This document shows, one piece after another, positions 14,081 to 40,151 of a stretch of 64,000 bases of DNA (positions are counted from its first letter, which is position 1; every line of letters begins with the position of its first letter). The notes under the pieces are model-generated. The model was given only the letters and a program-made list of their open reading frames with translations. It did not search any database and was not told the origin of the DNA. A program made the position numbers and the translations under genes. Source of the stretch: Octopus sinensis (lineage: Eukaryota); the NCBI RefSeq assembly GCF_006345805.1, contig NC_043021.1, positions 868,001 through 932,000 of the forward strand, in the 5' to 3' direction.

Positions 14081-14414
14081 TGTGGATAACAAATTTTAGG
14101 TAATATTGATGATGATGTTGATGATACTTTTCATGATGATGATGATGATGGTGATGTTCTCTGTTACAGGAAAGACATATTTCATAAAAGGCAAACATTA
14201 TTGGGAATTCCTAGACAGTCAAATGCGTGTGAAGACAAAACAACCAACTGGCAATAATTCCGAACGTTGGATGCAGTGCAAGACACCACCAAAGAACATA
14301 GGATTTTCAAAACCCAGCCATGAAGAGACCACTCCTTCAAAGGGTTTCTCTGCCCACTCTCTAATGGCACTACCAAATCTAGTGCTTCTTTCTCTCCTCA
14401 CCTCATACTTATAG
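8115..14414 (+). CDS. Membrane-anchored (probably GPI) matrix metalloproteinase, M10A / MT-MMP-like; 5'-partial, 7 exons in window
   Basis: Exons 8115-8308, 9159-9254, 10900-11061, 11528-11718, 12128-12266, 12398-12670, 14170-14414 join in frame (1300 nt). Motifs: structural-zinc [20 protein letters not shown]...GDAHFDDDE, catalytic [11 protein letters not shown], Met-turn LMYP, hemopexin repeats between [10 protein letters not shown] and WMQC, hydrophobic C-terminus. No PRCG cysteine switch or signal peptide found in 1-8114. Exact orthologue not assignable by eye. Confidence 0.95.
9159..9254 (+). CDS. MMP exon, catalytic domain
   Basis: ttttccag acceptor; [32 protein letters not shown]; donor gtaagt. 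Not in the ORF track. Confidence 0.93.
10900..11061 (+). CDS. MMP exon, zinc-binding motif and Met-turn
   Basis: [32 protein letters not shown]...GIQKLY; donor gtgaga. Confidence 0.96.
11528..11718 (+). CDS. MMP exon, acidic hinge and start of hemopexin domain
   Basis: attgcag acceptor; [12 protein letters not shown]...[23 protein letters not shown]; donor gtgagt. Confidence 0.92.
12128..12266 (+). CDS. MMP exon, hemopexin repeat
   Basis: [46 protein letters not shown]; donor gtgagg. Confidence 0.92.
12398..12670 (+). CDS. MMP exon, hemopexin repeats
   Basis: GNKYWLYD...[27 protein letters not shown]...[16 protein letters not shown]; donor gtaagt. Confidence 0.95.
13496..14028. mobile_element. 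~530-bp interspersed element, copy 2 (inverted relative to copy 1), both ends in (TAA)n
   Basis: ccagtggctctcatggc...gatggcatgcaatgctctttcactca is the reverse complement of 3898-4433. Confidence 0.85.
14170..14414 (+). CDS. MMP last exon, end of hemopexin domain and hydrophobic tail
   Basis: [14 protein letters not shown]...[10 protein letters not shown]...[17 protein letters not shown], stop tag. Confidence 0.93.
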
Positions 14415-14851
14415 CTCGCATCTCTGCTGTCTTTACTATCAAATCACGCTATTGTTGCTCTTGGCATTCTTGTTGTTGTTGCGACCTGTTTTACAATCTT
14501 TCGCATTCTCTTTTCGCATTTTTTCTCAAAAAAAAAATATTATTAATTCAAAAACAACAATTATTCCCTGCCAAGAATTTCATTTTGCTTTTATTTTCTT
14601 TTTTTTGCATCTCAATGGATTAAAGAGGAATTTAGCTTTCTTACAGTGAAACCCTCTCTTTATTTCTCTAAACAACGGAAACTGGGGAATTTTAAAAGAA
14701 AGGAATTCAATGAAAACTGATTTAACTATAAATACCATACACACACACATGCACACACACACACACACACCAGATTATATATATATTTATATATATGTGC
14801 GTATATATATATATAATGTGTGTGTGTTGATGGATAAAGACATGGCTGTAT

Positions 14852-14885
<34 letters not shown>

Positions 14886-15056
14886 AATGGCTCTCCACTG
14901 GTTTCGATGGTGACTAAGTCACCTTTTCGATCAACTAAATTATATTCTCATATTAAAATGTGGCTGGCTTCATATAATCCACAGCCAGAATCAGGTGATA
15001 AAGCTGGCCCTTTAAATTACAGATGCAGCCCAACTGACAAGCTTCCAAGGAACTGA

Positions 15057-15072
15057 GTGTGTATGTCTATGT

Positions 15073-15105
<33 letters not shown>

Positions 15106-15130
15106 AACACACACACATGCGCACACACGT

Positions 15131-15166
<36 letters not shown>

Positions 15167-15327
15167 GTGCACACACACACACAAGTTTTATAACAAGGCT
15201 AACTTCAGAAGTTATCAGAAAAAGGATGTCAATTCAATACTCAGATCTAAAAAAAAATATGTATCACTATTAAAATATTATATAACAATATAAAATAATC
15301 AAAAATGTATAAAGCTGAATAATGAAC

Positions 15328-15376
<49 letters not shown>

Positions 15377-15634
15377 ATTATATATATATATATAAATATA
15401 TATACATTTATTTATACATATATATATATATATATATACACATATATATATATATATACATATATATATACACACACACACACTTATATATAAATATATA
15501 TACATTTATATATACATACACACACATATATATATATATATTATATATATAATATATATATATACATTTATTTATACATATATATATACACACACACACA
15601 CTTATATATAATATATATACATTTATATATACAT

Positions 15635-15682
<48 letters not shown>

Positions 15683-15748
15683 TTATTTATACATATATAT
15701 ATATACACACACACACTTATATATAAATATATATACATTTATATATAC

Positions 15749-15782
<34 letters not shown>

Positions 15783-15783
15783 C

Positions 15784-15857
<74 letters not shown>

Positions 15858-15950
15858 ATATATATTATATGGAGAACGGACGTTAAACGATGATGATGAT
15901 GATATAGATATACATTTATATTTACATATATAAATTTACACACACATACA
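15057..15950. repeat. Compound (CA)n/(TA)n microsatellite cluster downstream of the MMP stop
   Basis: Direct reading. Confidence 0.95.
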
Positions 15951-16242
15951 ACAGTTTTGAATTATCCTAAAATATCAAACATTGTATAAAAATGGTATTT
16001 AATTCTTGAAATTCTCATAAAACTATTTTGAATCATACATATTAAAGTGATATTATACAATAACAAACCATATAAATTGAAATAAATAAGAATTCATATA
16101 AGAATGATATAAAATGGACATAAAATAATAATAATAATAATTCAAGAAGAATTTTAAAACCATATCAAATGACACAAAAATTGAGAAAAGAAGGAAATCC
16201 AAATTAACAAAATTGAAAGAAATTTCAAATGAGATGAGATAT

Positions 16243-16334
<92 letters not shown>

Positions 16335-17011
16335 ATATGTGTGTGTTATATGCATGTATATTTACATGTGCTTTACAACATTGAAATGAAAATAAAAAGA
16401 TATGTCTAACCATAATAAATGTGATAATTATATTGGCACCATGTTGAAAAGCACATTGAATTTTGTGAATCCATAATGATCGCAAAACATGCATATTGAT
16501 GTAATATTGGAGAAATTAAAGAAAACCGTTATTGATGAGGTGTGAACTGAAATGATAATAAAATTAATAATAATGATAATACATAACAGCCATAACAATA
16601 TGTGAAGAATTTCACATTAATTTTGACAAATTCATTTCAAAGACTGAAATGAACAACAACAACAACAACAATTCCCCCCACCCACTCCTTACCGTTTTCC
16701 CCTCCAGCTGTGGAGGAGGTGAAAGAGGAGGATGTAGATTACAGAGTGTATAGAGGAAGGAGAAGGAGAAGAAGGAAGAGATTGAAAAGAAATAAACATA
16801 AAGCATACAAAATTATATACAAGTATGTATATTCATATTACTGTGTATGTGTATGTGTGTGTGCAGATGATGACGTTAATGTAGACCACAAAATTCTTAT
16901 TTACTTGTCATACACAGACGAAGTTATTTTTATTTTTGTGTTTTATTTGTAATTATGTTTATTTACTTTATGATGGCTTTCCCATATTACAAGAAACCAT
17001 AAAAAAACGAC

Positions 17012-17047
<36 letters not shown>

Positions 17048-19380
17048 GCAGAATCATTACTGCACTAGACATGTTTAGTGGCATTTCTTCCAGTTTTCAA
17101 ATTCTGCAGGGGTTGACTTTGCCTTTCATTCTCTCAGGGTCAGTAAGATAGACTAGCTGAGAATCGGGCTCAAGGAAATCAACTAATATCCGGCTCCAAC
17201 CTTCAGTCCTAATAATAGAAATTATTATTACTATTATTATTATTATTATTATTATACCCTTGAGGTTAATAAAGAAATCATTATTATTATTATTGCTATC
17301 ATTAACAATATTATTATTATTACTATTATAACTATTATTGTGGTTAATAAAGAAATCATTATTATTATTATTGTTATTATAGTTGATGTGATTACTACAG
17401 TACAAGAAGTCATTTTTCAATAAAACAAATTCTTGCTTTCATTTGGATCCAATCGTCTGGCTTACCTTAATGTCCCTGAGAAAGGCATGAATATCACACA
17501 TTCTCACCCCATTCCTCTCCTAATAAATGTGCTGCCTTAGTTTTGGAGAAGACATTTTTAATGTCTACATTAAAATTCAATGTTATACCCACACGTGACT
17601 ATTGATTATTATTATTATTATTATTATTATTCCAGTCTGGCTCTTTACTTTTCTGAGTCCAAATCCAGCCAGGGTCAACTTTGCCTTTCATCTTTTCAGG
17701 GTTGATAAAATAAAGAAGCAGTCAGTTTGTGGGGTTGAGGGCATCGACAAACACCCTGTCCCCCAAATTTCAGGCCATGTCCCTATTTGAGAAACAAATA
17801 TTATAATTATTATTGGTGTTTCCTTTCTCAACAAGAATTGCTTCACTTATGTTGCTAATACATTTAAGAAAGCCATGAAGACCACATCACATCTGCTATC
17901 AATGTGAAGTTCCATATCAATATTATTTTTTTAATTCATTTTTATTTCTATCAAATAAATGCAGACATTTTTCAATTGCAAACCACACAGGTTCAATCCC
18001 AAATACCCCTTTATCCAAGATCCCCAACCCCAGACAATTTACTTTTAAAAATAAAACCTTTTCCTTCGTCCTCTTCCCACCCCACACATCAATATCTTAT
18101 AAAATCTGTTTATTTTCAACCAATCCTCACACACAAACACCTACCCAAAAGTATATATATAAGTATGCAAATATGGTCTGTATATTACACATACATATAT
18201 ATACATACATACACAAACACACACATATATATATATTACATATTAAAATATGTTTAATATATTATATAGAAATATGTATATATAAGTAAAATATATGAAT
18301 ATATATACATATAAACATACATATATATTTATACATATCTATATATAAACAAACACATATACACACACATATACACATGTATATCAATATATGCATACAT
18401 TATTCTCTTCCTCTTCTGCCGAACTGCTAAGTTTTCAGGAATGTAAAGATAAACACCAGTTGTCAAGTGGTGGGAACGTACAAACACACACACACACACA
18501 CACACACGACAAGCTTCCACACAGTTTCTGTCGACCAAATTCACTCAAAAGTCATCAGTCTGCTTGTGGCTAGAGTAGAAGACGCCCACATATACTGTAT
18601 ATGTAAGCATATGTGCACATGCATGTGTGTTTATATATATATGTATATATATTATACCTTGAATATAAATTTATATGGATGTGTATATGTCAATTACATA
18701 TGAATGTAATATATATTTATATATGACCATATATATATTCATATCTGATTGCATATATACAATGTATGTAAATTGTATGTATCTATCTATATATATATAT
18801 TGTACATCTGTATATTATATATCTTTGTATACATATATAGACATTATATAGATATATATATTATGTTATATTTCTTTCGTGTGTGTGTGTGTGTCCTCCT
18901 CTATACATTTATGCATCAGTCTGTCGTGTTTCTGAATAAACTTCATCTTGGGACGAAAAAAATATTTTAAAAAAAAATATACTTAAAAAACAAAAAGAGA
19001 TTAAACAGAAACATCAACCACGTGGGTCCCTGACACCTCAGTATTAGCTATGTGGTTCCTAACCCCTTAGCTATATTGTGCTGTGGTCAGGGATTGAACT
19101 CCAGACTGTTCAGCTGTAATGTATTACAAGGTAACAATATCTACAGCAAGAGCTGACCTCAAATGTTGAGGTGAACCCAGGTAACTGTATCACGTATGAA
19201 GTACAGTGTTTAAAAGATTAAAAAAAAAGACAGAAATATGTAAACCTAATTAATGACTGCAATAAAATAATGAATCATTGCTTTTAGCCTCTTTTGTTAT
19301 CTTTGTGTTTGCAGAGAATTGGGAGGGGGCAGGGAGAAGTACTGACTTATGCAAATGTACAAAGGGATCCACAGAAACAT

Positions 19381-19732
19381 AACAAAGGGACACAGGGCAG
19401 AGAGGACTCTACTAAAGGGACACAAGGCAGAGAGGACTCTACTAAAGGGACACAAGGCAGAGAGGACTCTACTAAAGGGACACAAGGCAGATAGGACTCT
19501 ACTAAAGGGACACAGGGCAGATAGGACTCTACTAAAGGGACACAGGGCAGAGAGGACTCTACTAAAGGGACACAAGGCAGATAGGACTCTACTAAAGGGA
19601 CACAGGGCAGAGAGGACTCTACTAAAGGGACACAAGGCAGATAGGACTCTACTAAAGGGACACAGGGCAGAGAGGACTCTACTAAAGGGACACAGGGCAG
19701 AGAGGACGCTAATAAAGGGACACAGGGCAGAG
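19381..19732. repeat. 30-bp minisatellite, about 12 units
   Basis: actaaagggacaca(g/a)ggcaga(g/t)aggactct repeated in register with the 60-nt lines. Confidence 0.97.
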
Positions 19733-20129
19733 TAGATTTTACAACTGGTGGTGGTGAAACCTCAAGTCGACTTCCTCATAGTTTCCAACAAATTACACTT
19801 AGGAAAAGTTTCTTGATTTTGGATCAGGAAGCTACTTGTGCTGTGTCCCATTAATAGAGTCCTCTCTGCCCTGTGTCCCAAGATGTATAGTGAGATTGAA
19901 CCTAAGATGAAATAGTTGCAAAGTGTTGTTGTTAGCCACACAGCCACATGTTTAATTTTTGACGAGTTTAACATATTCGGCAGAGACTGTCTTGATAAGA
20001 CACTAACTGAGTCTATCTCATTCCAACAAGGACAAAAATAAAGTCAAAGAAAGATGATTGGAAGGAGATTATTGTTAATAATCTTTTCTTTATTGGCCAA
20101 AAGAGATTATTGTTAATAACAACATTTCA

Positions 20130-20680
20130 GAATAAAAACAAAATAGTTCAACATTTATGCGTTAGAAAGAATAAAGAAGTCGTTTAAGGTCTTGGTGGTT
20201 TTCTTAGAATGTGGCTTAGTGATGTTACTCCAAGAGATCTATGTCCCAGATGGACATGTTTTGAGATAATGGCATCGTGGTCAGTAAGAAGAACAGAAGC
20301 CACAAGAAAAATTTGTAAAAATGAGATCAATATCAAGAGTTATGAGAGTTTCTCATTCCTTTAAATGTTCTTTAGACAGAAAAAGTAAAAAGTGTGCATA
20401 TTTCACCCTAGTACGAGATTGCACCAGCATGGCCATGTGGGTCAGGTGGACATGAACTATTGGAATTTCATTCCAGATGACCAGTTTCAATGCAATGTCT
20501 GTCAAGAAACCTGCAAGTCATGTGGAGGATTGAAGAAGAACTTGAATATTCATAACAGACGAACGGGACGTGGAGCCAATGTTGAAAAGGGACACTGCAG
20601 CCATATTTGGGATCAGCTCTTCAAATGCCTTTCAGGGCTCAGAAGTCATTTAAGATTTCACACTTGGAAAGAGTAATTAT
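20130..20680 (+). mobile_element. Highly decayed LINE (RTE-like) ORF2 C-terminus with two C2H2-like fingers
   Basis: DGHVLR remnant upstream; FQCNVCQETCKSCGGLKKNLNIH and LFKCLSGLRSHLRFH. Confidence 0.45.
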
Positions 20681-22258
20681 AAGTACAAGGAGAACATAGA
20701 CATATATAGATATGTAAAGGTAAGATCTAAGGGTCAAGGTGTAGGAAGTTAGTCAGCTTCAAGCAGAAAATATTAAAAAAATAACTTTCAGGAACAATAG
20801 TGGTTTATTGAAACAGAAGGTTGAGAATTTTCCCCATATCGAAGGACAATAAGCTGAAAAAAGTTATTCTATAGTTCACAGTTAGCAACTGGGGTAGCTG
20901 CAGGTGCAAAACAGTATCCTAAAATTAGGAAATGGAGGAGATAAAATCCAGGCTACAAATGTTTCAGGCCAAGGACACCTTGATTACATGAAGTTTATAT
21001 TGTCGGTAGGAGATCCCATGTTAACTCACGGTATTGACTAGACTATCTGATGTTATTCATCACTGGTCACAATGCACTTCACTGTCTTAGCCTTTGAATG
21101 ATGCCACCCCACTGGCTAGGTGAGCAGGCCAACGTTCCCCCCAGATTGGAAGATTAGTCTGTCACAGGGTGACCCATTTACAGCTAAGTGGACTGGAGCA
21201 ACATGAAATGAAGTGTATTGCTCAAGAACACAATGTGCTGCATGGTCCAGGAATTGAACCCACTGTCTAGCAATCATGTGTGTAACACTCTAAACCACTG
21301 GGCCACATGCCTTCACAAACACAAACACATATATATGTTGGTGTTAGGAATGGCATCTAGCCATAGAAACTATGCCAAATCAGACTGGAGTCTGGTGAAG
21401 CTCCCCAGCTCTGGTCAAACTGCCCAACACATGCCATCTTGGACAATGGACATTAAGTGATGATGATGTGTATGTATATATATATAATTCTGGATGTATT
21501 TATAAGAGGAAGAAAGTTTACTATAAAGAGGGAAGTGTATTTGGGGAAACCGAGAATCCATGAGGCTGGGTGGCCATTCGACAAGAGGAGAGACCAATGA
21601 AATGTTTCACAGCAACTTATTCAAAAAGAGACATTGCAATAATTTGCATTTATCTCAGGTGAAAGTCTCACAGCTGTGAAGTCTCAAAAAACAACATAGA
21701 TACCGAAAGAAACTCCTGTCAGGTATATCAGGTGATGAGAACAAACATAACAGGTGGCCTAAACTAAATTTGCCCCTCTTCATACAGGTTGGTATCAGTT
21801 AGAAATATACATCTACAAACGTTTTCAATAGCACAACTTGATGTTTATATACAACAAAAACGTATGTCAAACTGCATTGATCCTATTTCGGCCCAGGAAG
21901 AGGTGGCATGGCAGCTGCCATCACTGTTTTTTAAGGGTTTTTGTAACTCAGAGAATGAAGGAAGAAAGTTACCTTCAAACTGCTGACCTGGTTCCAACAC
22001 TTAACAACAGATGGAACCCCACTGAAGGCACCCAAGAACCAGGTAATGGTATTAAACTGGGGAGCAACAGAGTACCCTTGGCCAAAGGAACACAAGGACC
22101 AGTTGGTGGTGTTAAACAAGGCTTTGGCCAACATGAGAGTATGATAGAAACCCCTTACTGAAGAATTAGACCCAAAGCTATGCAGTTGGGAGAGATGATT
22201 GTCACTTGTACAACTCTCTCTCAATTCCCTCACCACACTCACAGTTCTGTGTGATCCT

Positions 22259-35330
<13,072 letters not shown>

Positions 35331-35372
35331 ATTTGTAGGTGAGGCTTGTGGGGTCTTCAGGAGACAGGGAGC

Positions 35373-38164
35373 TAGAAATAAATTACAAGAGAAATACACT
35401 GAATTTTTCAAAATAGAATCATTTTCAAACGACACTTGTATCTAATTTAGGCAATTTTTTTAGGAGGGGTGGAGTTAGTCGATTATATCGACCCCAGTGT
35501 TTGAGTAATGCTTTATTTTATCGACACCCGAAAGAATGAAAGGCAAATTTGACTCCAACAGGCTTTGAACTCAAACCATAAAGAGTTGGGAAAATACGAA
35601 TAAGTATTTTTGTCTGATGCAGTAATTAATAATTGTTTGTGACATAGGTACATGGTCACAGATTAACAGGTGGATTAATTGATTAAATTTACCTCAGTAC
35701 ATAACAAGTTCTTATTTTATTGAGAATCGAAATTAAGATGAGAGAAACTAATACTCGTTATGTTACCCTCTGGCCACAACAAGTTATAAATTGGAAGGAA
35801 GGAAGCAAAAAAGGCTCAGAATTTGTATTATATGTTTCACACCCAAGTTGTTTTATGTCGTGTACAGAATATATGACATATATCCTTTCTACTATAAGCA
35901 CAAGGTCTGAAATTTTTTCTGGGTAGGATTTGGGGTTAGTCGATTACATCAACCCCACTGCTCAACTGGAACTCATTTTATTGACCGCAAAAGGATGAAA
36001 GGCAAAGTCGTCCTCGGCGCTATTTGAACTCAGAACGTAAAAACAGGCGAAATGCCGCCAAGCCTTATGTCACGTGCTGTGGGTGTAAATATTCAGGTGA
36101 AAGAGGCCTTCACACAGTAAAAAACAAACTAAAAGGGACAAACAAAAGTTAAGATAACAAATCTATATGCAACGTTATATAGCTATTTGATACGATTATT
36201 TATCCAACTGTAACTTATGACAATTGCCATACAAAAAAGAGAAACGCGATTAATTTTTCGTTTCGTTTCCATTTGCTGAGACGTTCTTTGTTTTGGATAT
36301 ACTCTAGTTTCGAATATTTTCCCGCTGGAAGTAAATAGATTTATTTCTTCAAATAAATGAGACAATTGTAAAATATAAAATTTTATTTGAAGAACCACTC
36401 CGCGATTTTGAGCGAAGTGACACCAGACACATTTTGGACAAGGGAGATTATAGTCTTGTAATCATTTTCGTTTATATCTAGGATTGAGTGAACGACAAAA
36501 TTATTCTTGCAGATTGAACTGAAAACAAAGTGGGATAAAATTTAGTCGTTACCCAATAAATCTATGACAATCAGGAAATATCGATAGTTACCAAAATTCT
36601 ACTCGAGGTAGAATCTGATCGGAGTAAAATATAACAATTTAGATACAGAAGAGAAAGGGATGTAGAATGCGAAAAGAGAGGGCATCAAATTTTGTAAACC
36701 AAGAAAAATTTGTGAGTGAAATAAGTGGTAAATTCAGACGTTTTAAACAGGACCCTGTCTCTAATTTCTCGCTCATCTCCTCACAGCATACATAATAATA
36801 ATTTAACAAAGTTAAGAAAACACTTACACAACTTATTGATAATTTAACTTGTAGTGTGCGGGAAATTTCGTATACATCGGTACATGATGGTCACAGTTAT
36901 ATAGAAACAGGAGAGAAACAGAGAGAGATGATGTGCATTTAGAAATGAAGAGTTTGACAATAAACTATGAAACTTTTCAACTGACCAAGAACAGTGGTCA
37001 GTGTCATTGCTACCATGACAGCGGTGAATAATCAAACTGTACCTAGTGAATATAGAGACTGATAGGTAAAGCGGTATAATGAAATGATCCCCAGTAATAC
37101 TTGGGTCTAACTGCGTGATTTTATGCGATTAAAAAAGTAACTCAGTAATTTTAATTATACATCTCATATAATAGAAACTGTATGGTGGGACTTATGCAAA
37201 TATCAATCGTACTATAGAAAAGGAATAACGAAGAAGCAGTTTCAGCAATATATGCGGCGGCTGTCCACACACATGCTGCTGCATCAGTTATGTCTCTTCG
37301 TAGGTCTGCGCTCCTGGAGCTTTTAGAAGGGATTTATTTTAATGAAATATTAGATTAGTAATGTTTAATATTAGTTTTAGAGGCGATGCTTCGGTATATG
37401 TACACACGTAACTTTGTTTACATTTCTGAAGATAACAGAAACCCTTTTCTCCCCCCCCTAACCCTAACCCCCCCCCCCCCCATATATAAAAAAAGACACT
37501 TTTTGGAAATGTTTCGGGTACTTACACCGGTACATATACCGAAGGTTCGCTGTTTTAGAATATCTAGTGATAGATTTTTTTCCAACTTGAAACTTACAGT
37601 TACATAATTGTGGTGCACCTGAGCACTGTATACAATAATTTCATTATTATTTTTTTTATTATAATGGTCACCTTTATTTACTATATTTAAATTTATAATA
37701 TTAATATATTATTCTTGGCCAGACAGCTCTGGTCGTATGATTGTATCGTCAACCTTTTATCATAGTGAAATTCTCCGAGGGTTCTGTTTTAATTTGACCG
37801 AATCCATCGAACAATAATCCTATTATAATTCCATTCTAATCTAGGGTGTTTTATATTGATGTATAACAAAGCCTTAAATTGGTGGAAGTGAGCAGTGTAA
37901 ATGAGTACCTGGAGCCCGGTACCTGAGGGGTGGTGTTTAATTTAAAGGTCCTGGAAGAACGGAGGACAAAATTGTAATTTCAGTTTAAATCTGTAAGGCA
38001 TTAAGGACAGCTAAAATTTTAATATACTTAATGCATGGGGCAATAAAATGTTAAGTAGAAATAATTAAATTTATTTCGCCCGATTTCTGATAAGTAAAAT
38101 ACGTAACTAAGGCTGCGAATAGGTTTCCAGTTGGCGTACTTGACAACCTCTTCAATGAATCAAA
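35373..38164. promoter_or_regulatory. Candidate bidirectional promoter region between TUBD1 and HEATR6
   Basis: Divergent start codons at 35330 (-) and 38165 (+). TUBD1 has a 5'UTR acceptor (ttctag, ct at 35372-35373), so its first exon lies further up. TSS not determinable. Confidence 0.5.
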
Positions 38165-38470
38165 ATGTCAGCCGCAACAGCTGACAACAGCAACATGTAC
38201 CAAGTGGACCCCGGTTCAATCAGAGATAATCTGGGACTGCAGAGCAACAAGTCACAACTAGATCATGGTTCCATGAGAACAGACCTTATATCACACAGCA
38301 ACAATACGTCGCAATGTTCTAGGCCCGATTTCCTGGACATCTTCCACCGTCTCATGCAGTTCCCAGTGGATGAGAAGCAACCGATGGAGTCCAATGCAAG
38401 GTTAAACAAATTGATGGACGAGATCAACCCCTTTTGTGTCGGACAATCTGTTGCCGTGTTTCTCACGGAG
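38165..38470 (+). CDS. HEATR6: HEATR6 exon 1
   Basis: caaaATG start, 102 codons, donor gag|gtaaat; the start codon is the least certain part. Confidence 0.8.
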
Positions 38471-40116
38471 GTAAATAATAATTATCGTATTTCTGCGTAA
38501 TGTCGAAATATTTGGTAGTATCGTAAATACAGGAGAACATGAGAGATGGACATCATTCCATTCGCACCCAGAAGGGTTTGTCTTAAATGTCTCCTAATTA
38601 CATACACTCGCGAATTCAGCCGTTCTCAAACTGACGAATACCAGCTCACAGCAATGTCACTCTATCTCTCTCTCTATATATATATATCTATCTATCTATC
38701 TCTCTCTGTATACATATATGTGTGTGTGTGTGGAATTTTTTTATTACATCTCACCTGTGATTTCCATCCATATAATCCTTCCCCCTTCGCCATTGTGTTG
38801 AATAAATTTAAACCCTTTTATAAAACCTAGCAATTGGTCCCCTCTCTTTTTAGCCCTAACCCGAACTCACTCTATGAGAAACACTGCCCCTAGTTAACAG
38901 CTCTTCGAGGGACCTCGACGCGATCGTTCGATTTTTAAAAACAACAACCGAATGTCCTTTAAATCACATCTCACCATCTTAAAAAAAGGGGACACATTGA
39001 ACAATACTTATGAATATACCAAAAAAGGGAGGGATGGTCCCGACTGGCACGCTTTCCATTCTTATTCTGCTTGATCAGTGCTGGTGTAGGGCTAAATAGT
39101 TGCTAAATCTCCGAAGCCTTAGATATATGCTGCTTGTTCTCACTAACAGGAACGCTATTAGAGATATCGGTTCAGGTGTGAACCCACCTCCACACTTTCT
39201 GACGTTCGTTATTTCTTATGGCACTCTCACCGAGTCTTGTTTGCTTCCAGGAAGGAAACCAGTTGCTCTGTAAACTGTGTATGTTGATTCCATACAAGGA
39301 AGAATGTCTGGTGATGAAATTTTGTCACACTATTTTTAGTGTTCTAACCAACACAGAGGTAGGTTAACCTTTTAATGTTTGTTTTTCTTTTCTCTCATTA
39401 ATAAAAATGTTTATATTTGTCGTAATTCCGATTCAAGTGACACTCTATGTCTCTCCCCATGTTGACACGGTAACATCGAGTTATGTCCCTTAACCCAAAT
39501 TATATCCATGAGGTAAAATATTAATTCCAAATTTTGGCACACGGCCAGCAATTTTGGGGGAGGCGGTAAGTCGATTACATCGATACCAGTGCTCAACTGG
39601 TGCTTATTATTGACCCCCAAACGCATGAAAGGCAAAGTTGATCGCAACGGAATTTGAACTCAGAACATATAGACGGATGAAATGCCGCCAAGCATTTTGC
39701 CCGGCGTGCTAACAATTCTGCCAACTCGCTGCCTTCCCATTAAGTAAAATATTACAAATAAAAATATCTTTTTGTCACAACTTATTACAGGAATTATGAT
39801 AATTATAGCTAATTAAGGGCAAGAAAAATATTAATTTTCTAAATGATATGTAAATGCTTTCTTTCGTTTCTTTGAAAGTCTTTGATATCTGCATTAATAT
39901 ATATTAATCACAAATGAACTCCCTTCATTCAAGGACTGTCCATTATCTCCCTATCAAACCGATAACTTGCAATGATAGACGGGAACGTGAAACTCTGAGT
40001 AACAGCTTTTGTTAAATTTCTGCTGCTTTGAAATAAAGCATATTACTCTACCTCTGGTATTTGAGTACTCTTTTTTCCACCTTGTTTCACATTTTATGTG
40101 TTTACTCCGGTATATA

Positions 40117-40151
<35 letters not shown>

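Noticed and set aside
18526-18559. Minus-strand CTGATGA...GAAAC as another hammerhead
   Set aside because: No stem II or stem I pairing; part of a SINE. Other CTGANGA hits checked also lacked stems.
19294-19735. Repeat-peptide ORFs on both strands
   Set aside because: 30-bp minisatellite; no splice context or domain.
36925-36990. Possible C/D snoRNA
   Set aside because: C box imperfect, no terminal stem or identifiable guide.
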